DNA from: Solirubrobacteraceae bacterium
GTDB lineage: Bacteria; Actinomycetota; Thermoleophilia; Solirubrobacterales; Solirubrobacteraceae
Assembly (NCBI GenBank): GCA_052148875.1
Contig: JBKQHH010000086.1
Coordinates: forward strand, 1,367-65,366
Length of the DNA: 64,000 bases
Direction: 5' to 3'
Shown here: positions 1 through 9,742 of the stretch, piece after piece
Layout of the letters: each line of letters starts with the position of its first letter
Numbering within the stretch: the stretch's first letter is position 1
Made by a program: the position numbers and the translations under genes
Notes under the pieces: model-generated
Databases searched by the model: none
Told to the model about the DNA's origin: nothing
The model's input: the letters and a program-made list of their open reading frames with translations, nothing else

Positions 1-2
1 GC

Positions 3-647
3 ATGCGCGTGCTGGACGTCGGCTGCGGCTGGGGCAGCTTCGCGATGCACGCGGCGCGTGAGCACGGCGTGCATGTGACGGGCATCACGCTGTCCGAGCC
101 GCAGGCGCAGCGCGCACGCGAGCGCGTGGCCGAGGCGGGCTTGAGCGAGAAGGTGGAGATCCGTGTGCAGGACTACCGCCAGCTGCCGGCGGCCTCCTTC
201 GACGCAATCGCCAGCATCGGCATGTCCGAGCACGTGGGCGAGAACCAGATCGACATGTACGCGCGCACGCTGTTCTCGCTGCTGCGCCCGAACGGGAAAC
301 TGCTCAACCACGCGATCGCCCAGCTCGACCCCGCGGCGAATCCGCTGGATGACGTCTTCTCGACGCGCTACGTGTTCCCCGACGGCGAGCCGCTGCCGCT
401 CTCGCGCGTGCAGCTAGCGCTCGAACGCGCGGGCTTCTGGACGGGGCACGTCGAGGGCTTCCGCGAGGACTACGCGGTGACTCTGCGCGAGTGGGCCCGG
501 CGCCTGGACGAGCACCTGGACGACGCGGAGGCGCTGGCGGGCCTCGAGCGCACGCGCGTATGGCGGCTCTACCTGCGCTCGGCGGGCCGCGGCTTCGAAG
601 CGGGCGACCTGGCCGTCTATCAGATCCGCACGCGCCGGCCGGCGTAG
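3..647 (+). CDS. cfa: Cyclopropane-fatty-acyl-phospholipid synthase family SAM methyltransferase (5' partial)
   Basis: LDVGCGWG SAM motif, SIGMSEHVG, YVFPDG, W-x-x-YL C-terminal motif. Confidence 0.9.
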   Translation: MRVLDVGCGWGSFAMHAAREHGVHVTGITLSEPQAQRARERVAEAGLSEKVEIRVQDYRQLPAASFDAIASIGMSEHVGENQIDMYARTLFSLLRPNGKLLNHAIAQLDPAANPLDDVFSTRYVFPDGEPLPLSRVQLALERAGFWTGHVEGFREDYAVTLREWARRLDEHLDDAEALAGLERTRVWRLYLRSAGRGFEAGDLAVYQIRTRRPA

Positions 648-723
648 CCGGTGGTCGGGGACGCGTCGGGCTGGCTGACCGCTGGACGACGCAGGCCGTC
701 GCGGGCTAGAATGGCCGGACCTT

Positions 724-797
724 GCGGATGTAGCTCAGCTGGCTAGAGCGTCGCCTTGCCATGGCGAAGGTCGAGGGTTCGAATCCCTTCATCCGCT
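724..797 (+). tRNA. tRNA-Gly (GCC)
   Basis: Acceptor GCGGATG/CATCCGC, anticodon arm TCGCC-TTGCCAT-GGCGA, GGTTCGAATCC T-arm; CCA not encoded. Confidence 0.97.
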
Positions 798-811
798 TCA
801 GGCAAAACCCC
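755..811 (+). repeat. attL of tRNA-Gly element
   Basis: CTTGCCATGG...GGCAAAACCCC identical to 11218-11274. Confidence 0.93.
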
Positions 812-829
812 TGGGTTTCCGGGGGTTTT
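804..829 (+). terminator. Putative intrinsic terminator after tRNA-Gly
   Basis: AAAACCCCTGG-GTTT-CCGGGGGTTTT hairpin with T tail. Confidence 0.6.
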
Positions 830-867
830 GTTGTATCTAGGGTGGGGCGGGGTAGGGCTTGCGGGGT

Positions 868-891
868 CGTGGGTAGCAGTCGTGGGTAGCA
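868..891 (+). repeat. Putative integrase arm-type sites (CGTGGGTAGCA x2)
   Basis: Two direct copies just inside attL; related copies at 11084-11136. Confidence 0.65.
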
Positions 892-977
892 ACAGCGAGC
901 GTGTTTGACCGCTGACGCTGCGCTCCGATGCTTTTCCCGCAGCGGTGTAGCCGCGGACGTAGGACCGCATGCGGGCC

Positions 978-1274
978 CTAATGCTCAACGGCTTCCGCGC
1001 GGGCGAAGACAGTCGCCGGGCGCGTCTGGAGCGCGTCGGCGATCCTGATGATGTTTGTGAGCGAGACGTTGCGCTCGCCTCGCTCGACTGCGCCGTAGTA
1101 GGAGCGGTCGAGGCCGCACTTGAGCGCGAGCGCTTCCTGGGAGATGCCCTGTTCCTTGCGTATGGCGCGGATCGCGTCGCCGAATGCGAGGTGCGCTGGA
1201 GAGAGTCCGGGGATGGTGGTAGCTTTCCGAACTGCTGTATTGAAGTCCACGGGCGATAAGTCCCGTATCAGCAC
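978..1274 (-). CDS. XRE-family HTH regulator
   Basis: [16 protein letters not shown]...[14 protein letters not shown]. Confidence 0.88.
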   Translation of the reverse strand: MLIRDLSPVDFNTAVRKATTIPGLSPAHLAFGDAIRAIRKEQGISQEALALKCGLDRSYYGAVERGERNVSLTNIIRIADALQTRPATVFARAEAVEH

Positions 1275-1324
1275 AAATAAGTGCCCCCGCGCTGCGTCAA
1301 CAGCCGGGGGCCGGCAAGGAAAGG

Positions 1325-2122
1325 GTGGACCTTCCCATGCAGCCGGAGGATATCCCGCGAGCTGTGCCCCCGGTCGTAGTGATCTACGGCCAGGAGAGCG
1401 AAAACGAAGCGCTGGCGGACGAGCTGGCGCTTGACGGCTTCGACACTCGGTTGGTCAGCGATCCCGCATCGGTCGGCGAGGTCGATCTGATCGTGTTTGG
1501 CCGTGCGTCGAAGCGTGGCGCAGGGCTCGGCGCTCTACGTGCCCTGCGAGGGGGTGGGCTCGCGGGTTCCGGTGCTCGTGTCCTGTGGGTCAGCACCAGC
1601 GGCGACGCCACGGACACGCTGCGCGCGTTCGAGACTGGAGCTGACGATGTGATCCGCGCCCCGTTCGTGTATGCGGAGCTGCTTGCGCGAGTGCGAGCGC
1701 TTCTGCGCCGGCCGACCGGCGAGACGCCGCCGGTGATCCGCTACGGGGCGCTGACGATCCACACGGCGACGAGGACGGTGATCTACGGATCGACGCCTGT
1801 GGAGCTACGCAGGCGCGAGTACGCGCTGCTGGTCTACCTGGCACGCGAACCGACGCGCGTCATCCCGAAGGCCGAGTTGCTGCGGCATGTGTGGGGATAC
1901 CCGCCGCAGGACACGACGCGGACGGTGGACTCGCACGCCTCCCGGCTGCGCTGCAAGCTCGCAAAGGCGGGCGCGGCCGGCTGGGTGCGTGCGACGTGGG
2001 GCGTGGGCTACTGCCTCGCACCACGCCCGCAACTACTCACGAGAGGAAGCCATGAACGAGCAAGCCGAGTTGATCCGCCTCGGAGAGCAGTTCCAGCACG
2101 TGCGCGAGCAGCAGGGAGTTAG
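1325..2122 (+). CDS. OmpR-family response regulator with degenerate receiver domain
   Basis: GADD motif, winged-helix C-terminus [15 protein letters not shown]...WGVGY; phospho-acceptor Asp and conserved Lys not evident. Confidence 0.8.
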   Translation: MDLPMQPEDIPRAVPPVVVIYGQESENEALADELALDGFDTRLVSDPASVGEVDLIVFGRASKRGAGLGALRALRGGGLAGSGARVLWVSTSGDATDTLRAFETGADDVIRAPFVYAELLARVRALLRRPTGETPPVIRYGALTIHTATRTVIYGSTPVELRRREYALLVYLAREPTRVIPKAELLRHVWGYPPQDTTRTVDSHASRLRCKLAKAGAAGWVRATWGVGYCLAPRPQLLTRGSHERASRVDPPRRAVPARARAAGS

Positions 2123-2891
2123 CGTCGCCGAGCTTGCCGCCAGAACGGACATCAGCGAGCGACGAATCAGCAGCCTCGAAGCGGGGCGGCTCGATCCCGC
2201 GTATGACGTGTTGATCGCGTTGGCCGATGGGATGGGCGTTCGGGCGTCTGCGTTGATCCCCAAGGACTGGACAAGGGACACAGGAGCACACGGCGGCTGC
2301 CCTCGACGGACGGCCGTTGACTCACGCAGAGCGGACAGCTATCCGGTCGAGGTGGACCTCGGGGATCGGGAGGCCGTCCGCGTGCATGACTTCGAGGTAT
2401 GCCTCGATCGCCTCTCGGGCGTTCGTGCGCGCTTCCTCGATCGTCTCGCCCTGAGCGGCGACACTCGGCAGTTCCGGTACGAACACGCTGTAGCCGCCGT
2501 CCGACTCGGCCACCATCACGACATCGAACTCACGCTCTGCCCCTGCGGCCGGCAGGCGGTCGACGCTCTCGGCGGGGACATCGAACTGCCGGCACGCTTC
2601 CCCATACTGGACGCGAACCAGGACGATTTGCCTGCCGTCCACTCCGAGGGGGCCGTGGTCATCGACGACGATGCCCTTCCAGTTGAAGCCTGGAACGTTC
2701 GAGGCTACGTGGTCGCCGACTTTGAGCAAGTCGGTGGGAGGCGTCTTTGCGCGCGCCATGATCTCGAAAGTATCACCACGCCCGCGGTCTATGGTTTGCT
2801 TGCAAGCAGCGCCACGACCGCAGACTGGCCTTCGAGCCACGTCGCAGCATCAGCGTCAATCCACCCTGAGATACGGATCATCTCGTCGTAG
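2052..2891 (+). CDS. XRE-family HTH protein (domain ends ~2270; ORF reads on antisense across hicB)
   Basis: GAGAGGAAG RBS then ATG 2052; [33 protein letters not shown]. Confidence 0.6.
   Translation: MNEQAELIRLGEQFQHVREQQGVSVAELAARTDISERRISSLEAGRLDPAYDVLIALADGMGVRASALIPKDWTRDTGAHGGCPRRTAVDSRRADSYPVEVDLGDREAVRVHDFEVCLDRLSGVRARFLDRLALSGDTRQFRYEHAVAAVRLGHHHDIELTLCPCGRQAVDALGGDIELPARFPILDANQDDLPAVHSEGAVVIDDDALPVEAWNVRGYVVADFEQVGGRRLCARHDLESITTPAVYGLLASSATTADWPSSHVAASASIHPEIRIISS
2322..2759 (-). CDS. HicB-like antitoxin domain with an N-terminal SH3-like beta domain
   Basis: DGGYSVFVPELPSVAAQGETIEEARTNAREAIEAYLE is the HicB signature. Confidence 0.75.
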   Translation of the reverse strand: MARAKTPPTDLLKVGDHVASNVPGFNWKGIVVDDHGPLGVDGRQIVLVRVQYGEACRQFDVPAESVDRLPAAGAEREFDVVMVAESDGGYSVFVPELPSVAAQGETIEEARTNAREAIEAYLEVMHADGLPIPEVHLDRIAVRSA

Positions 2892-3415
2892 CGCTCGCGA
2901 ACCGGCTGGTTCAACAGGCAATCGTGGTGCGCCACGCGGTTGCGAAACGCTTGGATGGAGCGCATCGACTGGGTGAGATCCTTGCGCGTGACCGCACCGT
3001 TCGGAAAGGCAAGACGAAGTCGGTGGCGCCACAGCTCCTCGTAGGTCTTGCTAAAGAGCCCGGCCCAGAAGCCGAACGAAACGCCGGCGACGACACGGCT
3101 TCGCGTGATTTCCTTGCCTTTTTCGAGGCGCTCCACGGCGACGATGACCTGCTTGACCCCGTTGGGCTGAAGCGTGTTGAAGTCCATGAGCCATGTGTTG
3201 CGGATTGGCGTCTGAGGCTGAGCCATCCCAAGCTGTCGATCTACCGCATTGCGTAGCAGGATCTCAAAGCCGTTGATCGTCGCAAAGCATGCTGCGGACA
3301 GGTGCAGGTGCCATTCGTAGATGGCCACCGCCCGCGAATGGTCGCCTTGAGCCTCATCGAGGAATGGCTGAAACCTCTGATCGGACAGCCACTCGGCCGC
3401 TTGCAGCTCGTCCAC
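2789..3415 (-). CDS. Abi-like (Abi_2/AbiD-F type) HEPN protein
   Basis: LSDQRFQPF, FEILLRNA, VSFGFW, FRNRVAHHD (Rx4H). Confidence 0.85.
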   Translation of the reverse strand: MDELQAAEWLSDQRFQPFLDEAQGDHSRAVAIYEWHLHLSAACFATINGFEILLRNAVDRQLGMAQPQTPIRNTWLMDFNTLQPNGVKQVIVAVERLEKGKEITRSRVVAGVSFGFWAGLFSKTYEELWRHRLRLAFPNGAVTRKDLTQSMRSIQAFRNRVAHHDCLLNQPVRERYDEMIRISGWIDADAATWLEGQSAVVALLASKP

Positions 3416-3545
3416 AATGCGGCTAAGCTACATGAGACGCCCCGGTACCGCCTAGGACCCCTTGTGGGTTATGCGGCCGGGGCTTTGCCGTTCTCGTGCT
3501 TGCTTGCCGGGCCTTCCGCCCACGAGCCGCGCACATGGCAGGCGC

Positions 3546-4286
3546 TCAGGAGTTGAGTTTCGTTATCACGAAGCTCATCAATGCCGTTGCGAAGTGCCGC
3601 CGAAGCTGAGCATCAACCTGGTCGGAGATGCCTGCGTGCGAGCCAGCCCTCCCGGCGAACGCCATGAATGCCCGGGTAAGGTCTGCCTCGTCCTTTGCGA
3701 GCAGCCCGCTTGTCTCGAGCCACTGCCGCGCAGCTCCGCCTTTCTTGTTCTTCGGGCAGCCCTTCGCGTGAGCCAGCGCGTCGAACGTGGCGTCGCAGGC
3801 GCTGCGAAACTGGGCGTTAGCGGCCTCCCAGTCGTCACGCTCGAACGCGCGGGTGGCCTGTTCATAGTGGTTGCGCGCGACATCAAGCGTCGATCGTTCG
3901 CCGAACAAGGTGCGAAGAAACGCTGCCAAGCGATCAACCGGCTCGTCCCTCGCGTCGCCATCGCCCGCGTACATCGCGTAGCCGTCTTTCGCGAGCGCGG
4001 CGTCTAGTTGGTCGGCGTCGACCTCGCTCTCTAGCATCAGCCGGGTCGCCAGCTCAGAGACGACCTGTTCGAGCTGCCTGGCCGCGGCTCCATCAAAGGG
4101 ATCACCGGCACGGTCCTGCAGTGCCTTGAGACCGCCTAGAACTCGCTGGAGCTTGTTGCCTTCCGCGGGCAGGTACGTCTCGGCACCGGCCGTCGCCCAA
4201 ATCAGCTCGATCACGGCATGGCTCGGCCCCATACCGCCCTCGAAGGGCTTAGCCAAGAGCGACATTGTTCGACTTGAGAGAGCCAC
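3546..4286 (-). CDS. Hypothetical protein, possible Abi C-terminal/HEPN-like defence protein (start approximate)
   Basis: C-terminal helical domain HYEQATRAFERDDWEAANAQFRSACD...RAGSH. Confidence 0.55.
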   Translation of the reverse strand: MALSSRTMSLLAKPFEGGMGPSHAVIELIWATAGAETYLPAEGNKLQRVLGGLKALQDRAGDPFDGAAARQLEQVVSELATRLMLESEVDADQLDAALAKDGYAMYAGDGDARDEPVDRLAAFLRTLFGERSTLDVARNHYEQATRAFERDDWEAANAQFRSACDATFDALAHAKGCPKNKKGGAARQWLETSGLLAKDEADLTRAFMAFAGRAGSHAGISDQVDAQLRRHFATALMSFVITKLNS

Positions 4287-4536
4287 CCCCACATGATCGC
4301 GTAGCGTTGTCACCAGCGCGGCGCGCGCGGCCCCTGAACTGAACAGACGAGATGCACGGCCCTGCGGGTGCTGTGCGGGTGCTGTGTCGGCTTCGGCCTC
4401 CTTGTCCGCGTTCGCGGAGGGTGGTGGCGGGAAATTTGTTGGCCGGTTCGGGCCGGTTGGGGTCATTACCCGGTGTGCAGAGACGCATACCCGCAACTCG
4501 GTGGCCGTTTCGACGGCCTCGCGGTCATTAACCGTA

Positions 4537-7191
4537 GTGGTGACCGCTTCTAGCATCGGTGCCGCGAAAGGCGGCGGCTATGCCCGCTATCTGGAGGGCA
4601 AGACCGTGCAGCCTGAGCGCGGCGACTACTACCTGACGCCCGGTGGCGAGCCCGCGCAGGCTTCCGGCCGCTGGCTGGTCTCGGCGGACACGCTCGCGCA
4701 GCTCGGGATCGAGGGCAGCGTCGTTGACGGCCTGGACTTCATCGCGCTGATGGAGGGCAGGCATCCAAGGAGCGAACGGTGGCTGCGACAGGCCGGCGCG
4801 GACGGCAGCCGCGGCGGCGGGATCGACGTGACGTTCAGCGCTCCCAAGTCGGTGTCCGTGACGTGGGCGCTCGGCGACGAGCACGAGCGCGGTGTGATCG
4901 AGCAGGCACACCGGAACGCCGTCGAGCAGGCGATCAGCTACATAACCGAGACGGTCCCGACCGTCCGGCGCCGCTACGGCGCCGGGGTGGTGGAGGAGCC
5001 GGCACGCGAGCTGATCGCCGCGGAGTACCTGCACACCACCGCACGCGGCGTTGTGGATGGAGATGCGCCGGACCCGCAGCTGCACAGCCATGTGGTCATG
5101 ACGAGCGCGGTCAGGGATGACGGGCGGATCGTCGCGGTCGCGTCCCGGCCGATCTTCCGCTCCGCGCGGGAGGTCGGTGCGTTCTACCGCTCCGCGCTCG
5201 CACACGAGCTTTCGGAGCGTGGCTTCGAGATCGACGCGGGGACGGGCAAGGAGGGCCGGTATTTCGAGATCGCCGGGGTGCCTCAGGGTCTGGTCGAAGC
5301 GTTCTCTGCGCGCAGCCGTGAGGTAGCGGCGGCGGCTGAGCGGTTCCGTGCGAAGTGGGGGAGGGCACCCGAGCGCGGCGAGCTGCGCCGGCTGAAGCTG
5401 GAGAACCGCAAGGCCAAGCTCCCCGTGACCCGTGCGGACCTGCAGCGCGTGTGGGACGAGAAGGCCGCGCGCCACGGCTTCCCACGCGAGCGATACGACA
5501 GACAGCAGGACGGCCGCTCGCGGCGCAAGGGCGTGCTCGAGGATCGCGTCGAAGAACGATTGACCGAGCGCGGTGCGACCTTCGAGCCGGGCGAGCTGCG
5601 CGCGGTGCTGCTCGAGCAGTCCGCCGGCGAACTCGCTCCGGCCGACGCGCTCGCCCGAGCACGGGGACTGGTCGCTGAGCGTCGCGTGCTCCCATTGGAG
5701 GGCGGGCTGATGACGACGCTCGCGGTACGCGCGAAAGAGCAGGCGATCGAGCGCAGGGTCACCCAGCTGGCCCAGCCCGCCGGCCGGGATGTGGGTGAGC
5801 GGGCGCGCACAGTCGCAGGCGACCAGCTCGCCGAGCGGATCGGCTCGCGCCTCAGTGACGAGCAGGCCCAGGCGCTCAAGGTCATCACCGGCCCCGAGCG
5901 AGCCGCAGTCCTCGTTGGGCCGGCGGGCACGGGCAAGGGCGTGGTGATCGATGCCGCCGCTCGCGCCGAGCAGCTCACCAGCCACAACATCTACGGGATC
6001 GCGGTGTCCGGCTCGACCGCGCAGCGCCTCGGCCAGGACAGTCCCGCGCTCGCCGGGCGGACGCTCACGCTCGACGCGCTCGTCGCCAGAGCGCAGAACG
6101 GTCGGCTCGACATCGACGCGCGCACGACGATCTTCTTCGACGAGGCCGGGATGGCCGACACCAGCAGGCTCGACCGGCTGACTGACGTGGTCGACCGGGC
6201 GGGGGCGAAGCTCGTGGCGATCGGTGACGGAGCGCAGCTTCCCTCGATCGGCGCCGGTGGCATGTTCGACCGGCTCGCCAAGATCGCGCCGAGCGCGGTG
6301 CTGTCAAACGTACGGCGTACCCTCGACCCGGCCGAGCAGCGAGCGTGGGCGGACCTGCGTGCCGGCCGCTCGGATCGGGCGATGGCGCACTACCTCCGCC
6401 GAGGCCGGCTGCACATGGTCGACACGCGGGATCAGGCCGTCGAGCACGCCGTCCAGGATTGGGCCACGCTGACCGAGACCATCCCTATCAGCGAGGTTGT
6501 GCTGATCTCCGACGCATCCAACCTGGAGATCAACCGCCTCAACGCCCGCGCGCAGCACTACCGCGCCGGGCGCGGCGAACTCGGCGACATCGAAGCCGAG
6601 ATCCCCGGCGTGCACTACGGCATCCGCGCCGGCGACCGCGTGGCGATGATCGACCAGCACCGCCAGCCAGGCGTCGAGCGCGTCGAGAACGGCGCCCGCG
6701 GTGAAGTCATCGACATCAACGAGACCGGCGAGGTGCTGATCCAGTTCGACGCCACCAACCAATGGCGAACGCTCGCCGGCGACGAGCTGGGACGCCTGCG
6801 GCTTGGCTACGCCAGCCACATCCACCGCGCGCAAGGCGCGACCGTCACCCGCACGCTCGTCGTGACCGGCGGCTGGCAGACCAGCAAGGAGCCCGCCTAT
6901 GTCGAGGCATCCCGTGCCCGCGAAGGCACGGACTGGTACGTCAACCGCCAAGACCTCGGCGAACACGGCCACGACACCGACCGCGTCAAACGCCTCGCAC
7001 GAGACATGAGTCGCAGCCGCACCCAAACACCATCACTCGCACACCCCGAGCCACCCGGCCATGAACATTGGCCAGGCTTCGACCGTACGATCGCGAGCCG
7101 AGGCCCCGAGCGCTTCGCCCCACGTATCCCCGGCATCATCCGTACCCTCCACCGCGCCGCCCAGCCACCAGCACCGGAGCGCAACCGATGA
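4537..7191 (+). CDS. MobF (TrwC/TraA-type) relaxase-helicase
   Basis: N-terminal YARY...DYY tyrosines, DVTFSAPKSVS, H-x-HSH (PQLHSHVV), Walker A GPAGTGK, DEAGM, helicase C motifs (HRAQGAT, YVEASRAR). Confidence 0.95.
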   Translation: MVTASSIGAAKGGGYARYLEGKTVQPERGDYYLTPGGEPAQASGRWLVSADTLAQLGIEGSVVDGLDFIALMEGRHPRSERWLRQAGADGSRGGGIDVTFSAPKSVSVTWALGDEHERGVIEQAHRNAVEQAISYITETVPTVRRRYGAGVVEEPARELIAAEYLHTTARGVVDGDAPDPQLHSHVVMTSAVRDDGRIVAVASRPIFRSAREVGAFYRSALAHELSERGFEIDAGTGKEGRYFEIAGVPQGLVEAFSARSREVAAAAERFRAKWGRAPERGELRRLKLENRKAKLPVTRADLQRVWDEKAARHGFPRERYDRQQDGRSRRKGVLEDRVEERLTERGATFEPGELRAVLLEQSAGELAPADALARARGLVAERRVLPLEGGLMTTLAVRAKEQAIERRVTQLAQPAGRDVGERARTVAGDQLAERIGSRLSDEQAQALKVITGPERAAVLVGPAGTGKGVVIDAAARAEQLTSHNIYGIAVSGSTAQRLGQDSPALAGRTLTLDALVARAQNGRLDIDARTTIFFDEAGMADTSRLDRLTDVVDRAGAKLVAIGDGAQLPSIGAGGMFDRLAKIAPSAVLSNVRRTLDPAEQRAWADLRAGRSDRAMAHYLRRGRLHMVDTRDQAVEHAVQDWATLTETIPISEVVLISDASNLEINRLNARAQHYRAGRGELGDIEAEIPGVHYGIRAGDRVAMIDQHRQPGVERVENGARGEVIDINETGEVLIQFDATNQWRTLAGDELGRLRLGYASHIHRAQGATVTRTLVVTGGWQTSKEPAYVEASRAREGTDWYVNRQDLGEHGHDTDRVKRLARDMSRSRTQTPSLAHPEPPGHEHWPGFDRTIASRGPERFAPRIPGIIRTLHRAAQPPAPERNR

Positions 7192-7445
7192 GTCGCACCC
7201 AACCCGGACACGCCGCCCGGGATACGTGGCGGCCAGGAGCTTCTAGTCCGACGCGGCTCACGGCCGATGACGTGATGGCCGCCCGCGATGTGGCACGCCT
7301 GCTACACGCGCCCATCTCGACTGTCGAAGATTGGGCGCGGCGAGGCATCCTCCCCAGCGTCAAGATCGGCAGGCGCAGGCTCTACATCCGTCAGAACATA
7401 GAACTGCTCTTGACTGACCCAGCCGGAGAAAATCGTTCCAGATGA
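7188..7445 (+). CDS. Excisionase-like HTH (HTH_17) protein
   Basis: ATGA overlap with relaxase stop; DVARLLHAPISTVEDWARRGILPSVKIGRRRLY. Confidence 0.85.
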   Translation: MSRTQPGHAARDTWRPGASSPTRLTADDVMAARDVARLLHAPISTVEDWARRGILPSVKIGRRRLYIRQNIELLLTDPAGENRSR

Positions 7446-7787
7446 CGGGTGTTCGGGCCGCGGGCCGCGCTACCGGGCCCCAAATGCATTGGCCAGTCGT
7501 CGCGCTTCCACTGCGCCTCGCAGAAACGCGAATCGTACGACCAGGTAACCCACGCCGTATGGACCGGTAGTAGCCGACTGGTGCGGAACATACTCGCCAT
7601 ACGCTCAATTAGTCCAATACTGGAGCTGAAAAAGACCGCTTGAATGAGCGCCATAATGGCCGAGATCGTGCGTCCCATGCCCTGAGATAATGATGCCGGC
7701 CATACTTTCCCCGCAAAATCGGGCATTGCGACCCATGATATGGAGCGGGAAGGTGCATGGCATCGTCGCCCTGTGTATACTTCGGGT

Positions 7788-8387
7788 ATGCCGGCAAATA
7801 CCTCCCGCGTTACACAGGTGCTCAGGGACGCGCTAGCCGCCGTCGCCGCCGCCGACATCCCACCTGAGCTGCAGCCCACTGCGCTGGAAAAGGCGGTCGA
7901 TCTGCTGGCTGCTACGCCAGCCAGTTCGCCGGTCGCTCACGACAAACACGATGAGCCGCGCGCTGGCGCCACTAAGCCGCTGGGTGCAAGTCCGCTGGAC
8001 AAGATCGCCGAAAACCTCAAGCTCAGCCGTGAGATTGTGGGTGACGCATTCCATTATGACGACGAGGCTGGTCTGCAGGTCGGGTTGGGTACGACCAAGT
8101 TCGCGTCCGCGAAGAGCGCCGGGGCCAAGCAGCTGGCTCTTCTCTTTGCGGCCGGGCGTCAGGCGGCGGGCATCGAGGAGTGGACGGCCATGAAGGACCT
8201 GCGGGAGTTGGCAAAGGACTTTGGACGTTTCGACTCCGCGAATTATTCGGCGACGATCAAAGAGATGCACGACGTTTTCATGTTCGCGGGCACAAACGCG
8301 ATGGACCGCAAGGTCAAAGTGAACCGACGCGGGAAAGAGGCAGCCGCAGCCTTGATCACCAAGATGACGGGCGGCGAGAGCGCATGA
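7788..8387 (+). CDS. Hypothetical protein (gene 1 of a coupled 3-gene operon)
   Basis: Lower-GC ORF; ATGA overlap with the next gene; possible C-terminal winged helix. Confidence 0.7.
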   Translation: MPANTSRVTQVLRDALAAVAAADIPPELQPTALEKAVDLLAATPASSPVAHDKHDEPRAGATKPLGASPLDKIAENLKLSREIVGDAFHYDDEAGLQVGLGTTKFASAKSAGAKQLALLFAAGRQAAGIEEWTAMKDLRELAKDFGRFDSANYSATIKEMHDVFMFAGTNAMDRKVKVNRRGKEAAAALITKMTGGESA

Positions 8388-8956
8388 CCGACGCGCCAGA
8401 TCAAGTCTTCAAAGTGACGGTAGATGGCAATGGCGTGAAGGTCGCCAAAGACATCGACGCTGATACGGCGGCCGAGGTTCTGAGGCTCGTGATGGGCGGA
8501 GTTGGTTCTGCAGGGCCACCTCCCGCACGCCGGCCCCAGAAAGCGAGGTCTGGGCCTAGCCGTGTGAAGGGCGCGGCCAACGGAGCGAAAGCCAAACGGA
8601 AAGCGACATCGCCCGGTATCGTGAAGGATCTTAGTCTACGGCCGAAGGGCAAGAAGAGCTTCACCGAGTTTGTCGCTGAGAAGCAACCGAAGACGCATCA
8701 GCAGAGACAGGTCGTAATTCTCTACTGGCTGCGTGAATTCGGACAGGTGTCGGGAGGGATAACGACCGATCACGTCAATACCTGTTACATCGAGGCCGGC
8801 TGGCCCCGCCCGACGAAACTAGCGAATGCCCTTCAAGTAACGGCCAAGAAGAAGGGCTGGATCGAGAGCAGTGACATGTCCGACCTGAGATTGACGGTTC
8901 GAGGCGAGGACATGGTCGTTCATGAGCTTCCGCCCAGCACTGAGCAGAAGAAGTAG
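8384..8956 (+). CDS. Hypothetical protein with probable C-terminal winged-helix domain (gene 2)
   Basis: ATG 8384 overlaps TGA 8387; YWL...CY...GWP...KKGWI...LTVRGED pattern. Confidence 0.7.
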   Translation: MTDAPDQVFKVTVDGNGVKVAKDIDADTAAEVLRLVMGGVGSAGPPPARRPQKARSGPSRVKGAANGAKAKRKATSPGIVKDLSLRPKGKKSFTEFVAEKQPKTHQQRQVVILYWLREFGQVSGGITTDHVNTCYIEAGWPRPTKLANALQVTAKKKGWIESSDMSDLRLTVRGEDMVVHELPPSTEQKK

Positions 8957-8959
8957 CTC

Positions 8960-9742
8960 GTGAGCGAGATCCCGTCCCTGGTCCCAGAGGATGTCTTCTC
9001 CGATCTACCGAAGCGACTCCGGAGTGAACTGCTAGAAGCTTTCGGCAAGATCGTGCAGAATTACCGGGAGAACCGCTGGGAGCCGTCGGAGCTGAACGGT
9101 GGAAAGCTGTGCGAGGTTGTGTACTCGATCATAAAAGGTTTCGGTGATGGCGCCTATCCGTCGCGCGCCACCAAGCCGACGAACATTGTGGACGCGTGCA
9201 GGAAATTGGAACAGGTGAGTACTGTGCCGCGGTCAGTCCAGGTATTGATCCCCAGGCTACTTCCGGCTCTGTACGAGGTGCGGAACAACCGCGGTGTCGG
9301 ACACACCGGGGGCGAAGTCGACCCTAACCACATGGATGCAGTCTTGGTGCTTCAGATGTCGAAGTGGATTATGGCCGAGCTGGTTCGCCTCCTACACCAT
9401 CGACCAGTGGACGAGGCTGCCGAGATCGTGGAGGCTCTTGTCGAGCGTGAGATGCCTCTGCTGTGGAGCGTGAACGACAAACTGCGCGTTCTCGACACCA
9501 GTCTCACGATGAAAGACAAGACGCTTATCCTCCTCCACTCGAAGACCGGCCCGATGGGCGAGCGTGAACTTGTCGACTTCCTTGAGCATTCCAACCCGAG
9601 CGCCTTTCGGCGTGATGTGCTGCGCGCTGCTCATAAGAAGCGGCTGATCGAGTACGACCAGGACGCCCAAAGCGTCACGATTTCACCGTTGGGGATCGAG
9701 CTTGCCGAGCAGCTATTGGCCGACAGGGGCGCGTCGCGTTAA
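8960..9742 (+). CDS. Putative HEPN-domain protein with C-terminal winged helix (gene 3)
   Basis: KLCE helix and RNNRGVGH (R-x4-H / R-x6-H) motif; starts 3 nt after the upstream stop. Confidence 0.7.
   Translation: MSEIPSLVPEDVFSDLPKRLRSELLEAFGKIVQNYRENRWEPSELNGGKLCEVVYSIIKGFGDGAYPSRATKPTNIVDACRKLEQVSTVPRSVQVLIPRLLPALYEVRNNRGVGHTGGEVDPNHMDAVLVLQMSKWIMAELVRLLHHRPVDEAAEIVEALVEREMPLLWSVNDKLRVLDTSLTMKDKTLILLHSKTGPMGERELVDFLEHSNPSAFRRDVLRAAHKKRLIEYDQDAQSVTISPLGIELAEQLLADRGASR

Noticed and set aside
4528-5985. Long antisense ORFs (also 50291-52543, 22500-23909, 56172-57902 and others)
   Set aside because: Shadow ORFs typical of high-GC DNA opposite well-supported genes
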